From positions 66,464,001 through 66,528,000 of the forward strand of contig OZ360226.1 of NCBI GenBank assembly GCA_977017645.1: a stretch of 64,000 bases of DNA. The letters are read 5' to 3'. The notes under the pieces are model-generated. The model did not search any database and was not told where the DNA came from. It was given only the letters and a program-made list of their open reading frames with translations. Shown here piece after piece: positions 36,854 to 48,066 of the stretch. Position numbers and translations under genes: made by a program. This DNA is from Torpedo marmorata. Taxonomy: Eukaryota. How positions within the stretch are numbered: the stretch's first letter is position 1; the number at the start of each line of letters is the position of its first letter.

Positions 36854-37305
36854 AAACTATAAATGAAAACTGATGTGATTTTTTAAAAAATCACAAAAAA
36901 TATTAATCACATTGAAGGTTTCTAAAAGAGTAAATCTGAGTTACATCACATAGCATGAGCAGCAAAAAGAATAATTTATAGCATACCTGTAATGACTAAT
37001 GTAGAGGATAACAAATGCATATCTTAAAAATAATCTCAGAACAAAATGTGCAACAAAAGCGAGCAACTAAGATACTCCTATGTAGAAAACGGTATAATAT
37101 GAACAGTTGCGTTTGCAGGATTCTTTGAACCAGTCTGCATTTAATCTTCCTTTCACTGTAACTTACAATTATGTAGAAAGAAGAAAATATTCAAATACTA
37201 GAACAAATAACTTCTTGTTTCTCTCCTCATAATAAATCCTGCTGTTCCCATAGAACAACCTTAAATAAATAATCCATTAGCATTTGTATTTTGTGATCAT
37301 AAAGA

Positions 37306-37437
<132 letters not shown>

Positions 37438-38231
37438 CTAGATACAAAAAAATACTGGGCTGAGCAATTAGTAACAATATTTGTCACATATTTGCAAATA
37501 AAAATGAGAAAATGGTGCCATGTTGAAAGGCAAAGTAGACCCAGAGTCATAAAGTTATAATAAATGGAAACCGGCTCTTAGGCCCCTCACTTCCATGAAG
37601 ACCATCAAGTACCAATTCATACTAAACTCATTTCCCAGCTCTGTCCCTTAGCCATCTACATCTTGGCAATTCAAGTGCTCATCTATAAACTAGAATCTTG
37701 TGAGTGACGCTGCCTCCATCAACCCCCCAGACAGTGCATTCCAGATACCTACCACGCCTTGAGTGTAGTAATTGCCTCAGGTCTTCTCTAATCCTCCTAC
37801 CTTTAATTTATGCCTTTAGGGTCCAGACACCTCTTTTATGTTACGTACGATCTATGCTCTCTATGCCTGCCATATCTTAATCATGTTTCACCTCAGCCTC
37901 CTCTACTCCAAGGAAAACATGTGCAAAATTTATAGTAGTAAAAACATAAAAATGCATAAACATAAAAATGCTCACACCTTGCCGAAGGGCTCAGGGCCGA
38001 AACGTTGGTTATCTATTTTTGCCTCCTATGGACCCTGTGTGACCTGCTGAGTTCCTCCAGCAATGTTGTGTTTTTACTACAATCACAGCATCTGCAGACT
38101 TTTGTGTTTCACCCCAACATATCTAGTATCTCCTTATAACTGAAACACTCTATCCCAGTCAATATCCTCATGAAAGCAATATGACTTCTTAATCATCTCA
38201 TCTACCTGCGTGACTGCCTTTAGTGGTCTTT

Positions 38232-38660
38232 AGACCATAAGACATAGGAGCAGAAATAGGCCATTTTGGCCATCGTCTGTTCTGCCATTCAAATCATGTC
38301 TGATGTATTTTTACTTTCAACCCTGCTCTCCTGCCTTTTCCCCATAACCTTTGATGCCTTACTAATCAAGAACCTATCAATCTCTGCTGTAAATATACCC
38401 AATGACTTGACCTCCATAGCCACCTGTGGCAATGAATTCCTCATATTCACCACCCTCTGGCTGAAGAAACTTCTCCTCATTTCTGTTCTAAAGGGGCATT
38501 CTTTTATTTTGAGGCTGAACACTATGGTCCTAGACTTTCCCACTACTGGAATCATCTTCTCTATATCCACTCTATTTAGTCCTTTCAATATTCAGTACAT
38601 TTTGATGAGATCACCCTCATCTTCTGAACTCCAGCGAGTACAGGCCCAGAGCCATGAAAT
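38232..38660 (-). mobile_element. CR1 3' fragment
   Basis: FRTEMRRSFFSQRVVN motif; CR1 tail on the left. Confidence 0.85.
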
Positions 38661-38844
38661 ACTAAAATATGATATTCCCATGTATTAATTAATGGCCTCA
38701 GTTCACTTGATTTACTGCTAGACTCCTTGCAATTTAGCCTTGCATTCAAGCCTATGTATCACCTGCATACTGGACTGACTTAGTTCTTCTTTATTTCACT
38801 CTACATCCCTCCCAACTATATATCTATTTAAATTTGTAATTTTA

Positions 38845-39098
38845 AATTTAAATTTAGACATACAGCACGGTAACAGGCCATTTCGGCCCACGAGTCCACG
38901 CTGCCCAATTTACACCAATTAACCTACGCCCCCGGTACGTTTCAAACGGTGGGAGGAAACCGAAGTCCCCGGGGAAATCCTACGCAGACACGGGGAGAAC
39001 GTACAAACTCCTTACAGACAGCGCAGGATTCAAACCCTTGTCCTGATCACTGGCACTGTAAAGGCGTTGCGCTAACCGCGACGCCAACCGTGCCACCC
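38845..39098 (-). mobile_element. Near full-length V-SINE (tRNA-derived head)
   Basis: Minus strand: A-box-like tggcgtcgcggttagcg, B-box-like ggtttgaatcc, V-domain, CR1-like tail, (taaatt)n end. Confidence 0.85.
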
Positions 39099-40387
39099 AA
39101 GTGGTGTCTATTTGTGCAGTCAAATTAGTTTAAGCCTTTCCCAAAAACACTAGCAAGTCTCTTCAAAATATTTAGTTATTACTCTAATAACAGCAGTGTT
39201 ATCATCTGCCATTGTCATATTTAAAATTGAAACATTTGTACCAAAAACATTCCCCAGTGGCACTGTATCGAATATGCAAAGTGAAATTATGCTCACACTG
39301 GGATCAGTGTAGCTCTAACCTCAACTACCTACACAGCCTTGTATAGACTGGAAAATAAATGGATGCCAAGGTCTTCAGATGAATCAATAATCTCCTCCAG
39401 TTTGAAATGTATATCCAGTGCAATCACAAACAAATGCCAAATGCCATTGCTATCTATTTTGACTGGAGAATGAAAGGTAAAAGAAGAGAATGAATCCCAT
39501 TATTTTGGATTACTGGTGCAGACAGGTTTATAATTTAAAACCAGAGGCTTCAATGAGTTTTATTCTTCAATTATCCTGGAACATTTCATACAAATGGGTG
39601 GAATCAGTAAATTCAGCACAAATGATCAAGCTCAGGGTGTGCCTGTTTGAAATGGATTACTCATGAATGGAGGCTGTTCCTTTGTATGAAAATGTTTCCT
39701 TATTTTGTTACCGCATGCTTAGCTATTTTAGGATGGTGCCAATTTGTTCTGGATTTCCCTCGTTTCACTGAGTCTATTCTGTTAGATACTATCATTTTAA
39801 ACACCAATCAAATCTCTATTCAAACTGATTATCCCAAATGAATACAACTGAAGGTTCATTATAATTTAACCCTTTGAGCACTGGTATTATTCTTGTTAAA
39901 ATACATTGCATTTTGTCTTCTTGATTTGTAGGGCTAAATATGAATACAGTAGCATAGATGGGGTCTAACTAAAGTTCATTGAAATTAAATCATAAACCCT
40001 TGCATACCAATCCTTTTGGAAGGAAAATATTCTATTAGATGCACTCTAGCTTTTAGTGATTTATGTATCCTTTACTCTTCTTGTTCATTAAGAAAATATG
40101 CAAATTTAACTTTCTTGTATCTAGTGTACATGATCTCCACCTAATTTAGTTCTGAAAATTCAGTTAATCTTATACCCTCATCTCTCACTTTCTGTAGATC
40201 AGTAGCATATTAGTTAGTGTACTTATTCCATGGACAATTGTGAGTTTACATCAGAAATCATTGTAAATGGACTGATTTGATACAGAGTGAGAATTATTAG
40301 CTAGAATAATAAAGCACAAACACAGCAGTATTCAATTCTTTTGTCTGCTACTCTAATCCAAATATTAACACAACTGACTTTAAATTA

Positions 40388-41413
40388 CCGTATATTTCGG
40401 CGTATAAGTCGACCGGCGTATAAGTCGACCCCCCTTTTTCAGCCTCATTTTAATGGTTTTATGGTATATCCGGCGTATAAGTCGACCCCAAAAATCGCGA
40501 TGCCTGAGATGTTGCGCATTGACCGGCGTATAAGTCGACCCCCAATTTTCAGGCTGTCTGGGCCTCCCAGCAACAACCCAAAATTTGTTACAACATCCCA
40601 ATCGCCAAGTAACAAAGCTGTAAATTAAGCAAGTACCGGTAAGTAAAAAAAACAGTTAAAAAAACCTTTGCTTCTGGCCGGGAAGATGCAGGTGCGGCGA
40701 CGTCTTTCTCCCGGGCAGGAGCGGGGAGCTCGTTCTCCCAGGCAGTAGCGGGGAGCTCGTTCTCCCGGGCAGGAGCGGGGAGCTCGTTCTCCCGGGCAGG
40801 AGCAGGGAGCTCGTTCTCCCGGGCAGTAGCGGGGAGCTCGTTCTCCCGGGCAGTAGCGGGGAGCTCGTTCTCCCGGGCAGGAGCGGGGAGCTCGTTCTCC
40901 TGGGCAGGAGCGGGGAGCTCGTTCTCCCGGGCAGGAGCGGGGAGCTCGTTCTCCCGGGCAGTAGCGGGGAGCTCGTTCTCCCGGGCAGGAGCGGGGAGCT
41001 CGTTCTCCCAGGCAGGAGCGGGGACGTCTTTCTCCCGAGCAGGAGCGGGGAGCTCATTCTCCCAGGCAGGAGCGGGGAGCTCGTTCTCCCAGGCAGGAGC
41101 GGGGAGCTCGTTCTCCCAGGCAGGAGCGGGGAGCTCAGGCTCTACAATTGTAGAATGTCTGGGTGGTTTATGGCGGCGCCCGGCGGTGGGGAGGTGTCGG
41201 GGAGCGGCGGCGCCGGCGGTGGGGAGGCACTTCCAGGGTCGACCTATACGCCGAATCTTGTTTTCAGGGGTCGACTTATACGCCGAATCGGCGTGAACTC
41301 GATTTTGAGCTGATTTTAAGGTCTCAAAAGTATATCCGGCGTATAAGTCGACCCCCGTTTTTTGAGACATTTTTGAGGGTTTCAAGGGTCGACTTATACG
41401 CCGAAATATACGG
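40388..41413. mobile_element. Tc1/mariner-pogo-type MITE with TA TSD
   Basis: Perfect TIR ccgtatatttcggcgtataagtcgacc; TA on both sides; cggcgtataagtcgacc repeated about 4 times at each end. Confidence 0.92.
40700..41136. repeat. 27-bp minisatellite (about 16 copies) inside the MITE
   Basis: Unit ggcaggagcggggagctcgttctccc(g/a). Confidence 0.95.
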
Positions 41414-41572
41414 TAGTTCATATTTGCATTAAAGCAATGGACAAAACCTTTCGGTGTATATTAAGTGTTCATCCTCTAATATTACTAAATGCAATTCTTA
41501 GTCTTTTGTCTTTAAGTTAGCATTTCAGTTCATGCTACAATCAACACAGTTCCAAAGGAATTCAATACTTAC

Positions 41573-41639
41573 ACTGGCTGTAACCTTGAACACTGTAGAG
41601 ATGACTCGTATACCTTTTGTATCAGGATCTTTCTGTACA
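41573..41639 (-). CDS. CFAP300: CFAP300 penultimate coding exon (67 nt)
   Basis: Branch-like CTAAC, acceptor ttctgttgtag|, donor |gtaagt. Encodes (S)VQKDPDTKGIRVISTVFKVTAS versus recalled human [23 protein letters not shown]. Ends in phase 0 and joins the last exon in frame. Confidence 0.95.
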
Positions 41640-42290
41640 CTACAACAGAATAGTTAGTTAATTTTTTTTAATTTTTTTTTTTTACAGTGGAGATCTCAGC
41701 TTTCTGGCATTTGTTTGAGATCCGATAGCTAGAACCTTTTTTAAACTAATATGGAATATGCCAAAATATATTTACACTTATCTGTGTGATTCAACTAAGC
41801 TTTTGCTTCCATTTCCCTTTACTTAAATGAAAAGTAAAATGGGAGTAGCCGTAGGGGTGGGGGGCTTAAAGAGACAAATATCATTATTGGGATGAGGATG
41901 TTTATGGGTATTGTTTCAATATTAGGGAAAGGAAAGATGTTCAACTAAATGAATAAGGAACTAAATTAATAGTTGAAAGCACAGTGTGAAAAGAAAAAAA
42001 GAAAAAAAACTTCCCTCATAAGTAACCCAGTTTCATTGCAAAAATATAAAGACTTGAGACACACAGGAGACTGCAGATGCTGGAATCTGAAGCCAAACAC
42101 AATCTGCTGGAGGAGGAACTCAGCAGGTCAAAGTTCCTCCTGACCCACTGAGTTCCTCCAGCAGATTGTGTTTGGCTATGGAAAAGACGTACAGCAGTGA
42201 CGGAAACATTTAAACCAAGTAGGTACAAAAAATAGCAAGGAATATCAACACAGCAAAACTAAGTTCACTTAGACAGGTGTGAAGAGGGAT

Positions 42291-44909
42291 CAGTGGCGGA
42301 TTAACTACCACCTAGGCTGAGCTTTAGTAAGGCCCCCCCAGGCCCCCCTGACCTTGCCCTCCTGCCCCACGGCCCCCACCCTTCATTGAATAGAATAAAG
42401 TGAAATTGTTCGATACCCTCACATATTCTAAATTTATCCGCCAGGTATGTGCTGGGAATACACCAGTTGGTGTTTGGTTGCGGAATCGGACATTTTGGCG
42501 CCGGACATTTTGGCGAAAAAAAAAACTTTTGTAGCCCTCGGATATTTTGGCGTCCGCAGTTTGGCGCCGGCTCTCGCATTTAGCGACGGACATGGCAAGT
42601 AATTTATTATAATTTTCATTAAATATAATAAATATTAAGCATTGATTAAAATTGTTTCTTGGCGCTAACAGTTAAGCTACAACAATTTATTCACTTATTG
42701 TACTTATTATGAAGCGAAGAGCGGCGCTTAGGGCTGCCGTGCGGGACCCTGCACTCGGGACAGCGGCAGTTGCTCAATCACGTCAAGCTGACCGACACGG
42801 CACTACGGGCGCTGGAGGCTTACCAGCGATGACTGAGTCAATGAGTCAACGGGACCAGGGGACAGGGGCGAACTAGGTGGAGAGGGTGGGTGGAGGGACC
42901 GGGTGATAGAGGGGGACCGGGAGCGGAGGGTGATCAGGATCATGAGGGGATCAGGATCCGGTCCCCGGCCCTGGGACAAGCTGCCTCCACTACCCCGAAA
43001 GGGCTCAGCAATAGGTTCCCTCCCCCCGTCCACCGCCGCCGCTTACTCACCGCCAAGCGCTGGTAAGCCTCCAGTGCCCGTAGTGCCGTGTTGATCAGCT
43101 TGACGTGATAGAGCAACAGCCGCTGTCCCAAGTGCAGGATCCCGCACGACAGCTCGAAGCGCCTCTCCTCGCTTCATAATCTTCTAATATATATTTGTGC
43201 ATGTATGTCTGTTTGTCTGTTCTCCATGCAAATCAATATGGAGCACTCTAGAAATGTCCAAGGAGGTTCAGTAGGGGTAAAATTTGATGCTGAATGTCAT
43301 GACCATATTGAATTTAACCTTTAAGGTCATCTGAAGTGGCAGGAGGACAAAATGGTGAAAATGACTGTACAACCTCAGGGAATCGATATAGCAATTTTTA
43401 TGAAGTTCAAAAGTGTTTTTTGACCAGCTAAGAGCACTCTAGAAATGTCCAAGGAGGTTCAGTTGGGGTAACATTTGATGCTGAATGTCATGACCACATT
43501 GAATTTAACCTTTAAGGTCATATGAAGTTCAAAAGTTCAACAAAAAAAAATTGAACTTGCACCAGGGGCACGTCAATTAGTTACAGTGCTGTGCATCAAT
43601 GCACATTCAGAATAAAAACAAGTGGCCAAACCCAGTTCAATATGGGCACAAAAAAGTGAAGCAACATTGGCAGAAGCTCTTCACAAGCCTGTAGAGTTAG
43701 ACAAAGGAGAAAGCAAGAGACACCAGAGGAACATCAGTCTCGCCTCACTGTTGATGCTTCCAGACATGCAAGGAACAGGCAGCAGGAAACAGAACAGCAA
43801 CACCAGGCCCACCTCAGTGCTCAGGCCTCCAGACAAACAAGGAGCAGGCAGCAGGAAACTGAGGAACAACGCCAAGCCCGCCTCAGTGCTGATGCCGCCA
43901 GGCATTCCATGAGCAGACAAGAGTCTGCTGAGGAAGAACAAGCAAGACTCCAAGCAATGCGAATAAAAGTCACCAGCCCAAGGGCAGCACCATTTACTAC
44001 AGCCAACCTGCTAAATGCTGCATTCAATTACTCAGTTGACATTGAGTACTCTTCCATTAATGCAGTTGTAATTGGCTCCATGTTAGAGGTATGCCAACAT
44101 TGTGGAGCAAAGCCCGGGCAACGCCGGGTATCCTGCTAGTAAATATAATAAGTGAATAAATTGTTGTAGCCTAACTGTTAGCGCCAAAATGTCCAGCGCC
44201 AAACTTCATTAAAATCAAACAAAACTTTACCTCACAGAAGGTGTCTGCTAGCCCCAAATAATTAGAAAAGTCTGTAAGTTACAAAAGGATAAATAAAATC
44301 AGTTCTAAAAAAAGTCTCGATACAAAATAACACAGGAGAAGGGAGAGTCTTTTTTAAAAAAGTAAACCTCAGCTCCACAGAAATATAGTGATAGTTAAGA
44401 GTCTTTACCTCCTGTGGACGCTGCGAGACCTGCTGAGTTCCTCCAGCATTTCCGTGTTTTTACTTTGCAAAAGAAGCGCGGTCCCCTCCCTCTCAGGGTG
44501 CTCAGCGCTCAGGTGCGAGGGAGCATGATTGACAGTTTTCATTGCCGAATCCGACGGGGAGAATGGGACACGTGGTGGCGATTGGCCTGGCGGTGGGTCC
44601 GAGAGAGTGACAGGTTTCCAAAGTCGAGCATTGGTGGAAGATGGGGAGCGGGGATGAGTGGGCAGGCGCTGTGCGTGATGATGTCATTACGGGAGATCAC
44701 GTGGTTTAGTTGCAGTTCGTGTATTCTTTTTAAGGCGGGCAAGATGGAACAGTTTCTGCACTGCTTTGCATTGTGGGTAAAAACGCTGACATCTCTCTTC
44801 CTGTGCCCCATGTTAAGAATTCTGCTCCGGTAGCACTGCACCGGCCTGTGACGGTTGTGACGGGCCCCTAGGCTTCAGCCTACTCTGCCTAATGGTTAAT
44901 CCGCCACTG
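42291..44909. mobile_element. Non-autonomous hAT element with nested cargo
   Basis: 15-bp TIR cagtggcggattaac/gttaatccgccactg; perfect 8-bp TSD agagggat at 42283-42290 and 44910-44917. Confidence 0.92.
43180..44139 (+). mobile_element. Non-autonomous Helitron
   Basis: A|TC...CTAG|T ends with no TSD; 3' hairpin cccgggcaacgccggg; RepHel N-terminal remnant AAFNY..IEYSS..VVIGSMLEVCQHCGA; flanks rejoin into a palindrome arm. Confidence 0.88.
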
Positions 44910-46642
44910 AGAGGGATAGTCAGAAATGAAAATAGGATAATTGATTATAGGGCATTTGCAAATAATGTGGAACATGAAAGTATGCAAAAGTGCCATATAA
45001 GGAGATACTAAGGGAAGATGGTTAAAATACTTGGGTCATGAGGAAAGAATTAAAAAGCATCTTAAGAAAGAGATTTAGAGAGGTGAAGTTCAAGGAAGGA
45101 ATTCAAGAACTGGACAATTAAGGGCAAATTTGTCACACCCAGATTTTGAGATCAGATACATCAGAGAGTTCATGGGCTGGGAGAAGCTACAGAGGGGGAG
45201 ATCAGCTGGAAGTGAACTGGAATGGTCAGATAAAGATGTGGTTGAAAATAGTAGCAGCAAAGGAGCTGAGGCATGAACGGAATCCCGCAATGTTTCTGAG
45301 GTTGAATTAAGTAGTCTCAATAATGACATAGATATGTGGTCTGAATCTCAGGGTCCAGTATGGCACCAAAACGTCCAACAGTCTAGTACACTTTCATACA
45401 GTTATCAGGTCAGGGAAAGAATCAGCGGACAGGGAATGGAGTCAGTGATAGGAATCAAACATGATGGTGTCTCTCTTCCCAGAGTTCAGACATCTGGTCC
45501 CCGATATCAAACTATCATTTAATGACAAAGGAGGGTTTAAGAGAGGCAGTGGTGAGGCAGAGATGGGTTATATTACTATTTACAGCAAAAAATGACATTG
45601 CCTTTTCTCAACAAACATAAGGGCTCTAAGTGATCATTTTCATCCCAGGGTCCTGAAGAAATTAGGTCAAATAATTACAGACTATTACAGATCTTCTGGA
45701 CACAGGGCAAATGTAGAGAAAAAGAGGAGATGATCTTCAAATTATGGACGTGATAATACATCAGATTATCTTGGCAAGTTAATTGAATGGAGAGACCTCA
45801 CACCAAATGTTGGTATTGAACACCAACAAGTAGATAAAGCATAATTAAACTCTTTAACTTTTTAAAAATAAAACTCTTGCCCACAACTCTGTTCATCTGA
45901 CACCTAGTGGCATGGAGAACAACAAAGAATAAATCTGTATGATTTCCACATTTTTAAAGTTAGTGCTAATATTGTTGTTATGATAAAAAATGTAGCTGAT
46001 AATAGAGAATATGACGAGTGCTATTACGATAACCACTGCATGTTTGTGCTGCACATTGCCATTAATATGTTAAGAAGTTACATACAAATAAAGAGTAGGT
46101 TACTCAGCCCCTCAAACCTGCTCTGCTATTTAGTAAGATTATGATTTATCTGATTGTAAAGTACCTGCTAATGTTGTTAAGTTCTTTATGGTTGATTTAA
46201 TAAAGAGCTTAACACTTTCTCAACATTGTATAGCCAAGTTATTGTCTCATTTGACTAATATGTACATTTAAAAGCCATCAATGTAGTTTCTTGCCAACAT
46301 CAGGATGAGCTTGAAATATTGATCTTTAGTGGAACTAATCCCAAAATAACACCTGTGTTTGTGTCTACTGTATCTTGATTCATAACTATTTCATGGCAAT
46401 TTGTGATTGCTTTTGCAACCATTGACCAATGGGTGAAAAATTCATACCTTAAAATATTTTACAGCCTTCACTACAACATACAATATGTTTCAGCATGGAA
46501 AAGCATTGGTGGGGGCGTGGTTTGATGGTGTAGGTCGGAGACGTTGAAGTACACCTCTCCCCACAGATTTAATCAAAAACTGTTTATAAGATACTTTATT
46601 TAGTTTTAAAATAAGTTAAGAGTGTTTATTAAAAGCTTAACA

Positions 46643-48066
46643 ATGGCCACAAGAAAAATGAAAGAACAAAAGGCAAGGAAAGCAATACTTCAACAAAGTT
46701 TATTTCAAGAAGAAGATCGGCCTACCTGCTTGATGGAGCCTCAGGTTCAAGTTTCTCTCCCTCCCAGAAGTACTCGGACGAGGGCGCCTAGATCGACTGA
46801 AGCGCTAGCGCTACCGTCCCGGGGAGCTGGGGAAGATGGCACCAGTGCTCGAAGGAAGACTACAAAACTACAAATCTCAACTGAGCAACCGCGCATGCGC
46901 GAAACGGTGCGCATGCGCGATAGACAACGGGAGCTGTCAGATAAAGCTGACAGCAAAGGAGACGTCCCACAACCATTACAATATGTTGTGGGACTTGAAA
47001 CTTCATCAGATTCAGAAGATAAGAAGAAAGAGAAGAAAAGAATAATGGAAGAAGAAATGGGAGAAATGGAGGGAGAGGCTGAAGATTCAAGTGGAGAAGA
47101 GATTGAAATATCGGTAGCTCAACAAATACTTAAGGCTATTGATAACATGACAAAGAGGATATCAACGATGAAATATCGTTTGGAACTTAGACTTAATGGA
47201 ATTGAAGAAGAAATGAAAGATATTAAGCAAGATATGAGAAGACAGACAAATACTATGAATACAGTAAAAGTGAAAGTTCAAGAAAGTGAAAAAGAGGTTA
47301 AAGAACATTATGAAGAAATGGTGGATTATAAAGACAGAGTTGATAAAGTAGAAGACTCATTTCCTGGTTGGGAGCAGCAAAGAAATGAACTTTTACAAAA
47401 GTTGGATGTATTGAACAATCAGAGCTGGAGGAAAAATATTAAAATTAGGGGATTACCTGAAAATTTCAAGGGTTTGATACGACTGAATTCTTTCAAAGAT
47501 GGATTCCAGATGTTCTGGGTATTGATAAATTTAAGTATGGACTGGAGCTAGAGAGAGCACATAGAGTTGGTAGGGGGAAACCGTATGTTGGTCAAAGACC
47601 ATGTTCAGTTTTAGTTAAATGTCTTCGATATCCGGATAAAGAGAACGTATTGAAATTAGCTATTCAAAATGCTAAGTCGCAGAATGGTCCATTGATGGTT
47701 CAGGGGAATAGAGTTTTCTTTTATCCTGATTTGAGTTCAGTTATAGTTAATAAACGAAAGGAATTTAATCCAGCAAAAGCGATTTTTTGGAATAAGGGGT
47801 ATAAGTTTTCGTTTAGATATCCTGCGGTTTTGAAGGTTCAGTCTACAGGGAATCAATCTTGTTTTTTTACAGATTGTCAACAAGCGCTCCAACATGCAAA
47901 TTCTCTTCCGTATTTGAAGAAAGATCAAGATTTGATGGAACATCACCAAGTTCAAGATATTTCACCGTCGCAAGTTTCTTTGCCAAGTACTTCAGGAAAG
48001 GACGAGGAGGCCGAGATCGAGATTGATGAAGACCAAGTTCATAAGGACCTTGAAGAAGCTAAATGA
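46643..48066 (+). pseudogene. L1 ORF1 (coiled coil, RRM, CTD), frameshifted
   Basis: LNNQSWRKNIKIRGLPE, ERAHRV, FFYPDLS, FRYPAVLKV. Confidence 0.9.

Noticed and set aside
36981-37160. Apparent minus-strand donor (CAG|GTATG) and upstream frames
   Set aside because: Lies within the CFAP300 3'UTR; the longer candidate exons contain stops in every frame.
39329-39463. Possible alternative terminal CFAP300 exon (strong acceptor, phase-0 open frame SKIDSNG...YKAV*)
   Set aside because: No resemblance to CFAP300; DLGIHLFSSL looks like a decayed CR1 RT motif; no transcript evidence.
40588-41421. 277-aa ORF with PAPARENEL repeats
   Set aside because: Translation of a 27-bp VNTR within a MITE.
44566-44586. 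ER-stress element (ERSE)
   Set aside because: CCAAT-to-CCACG spacing is 5 nt, not the required 9.
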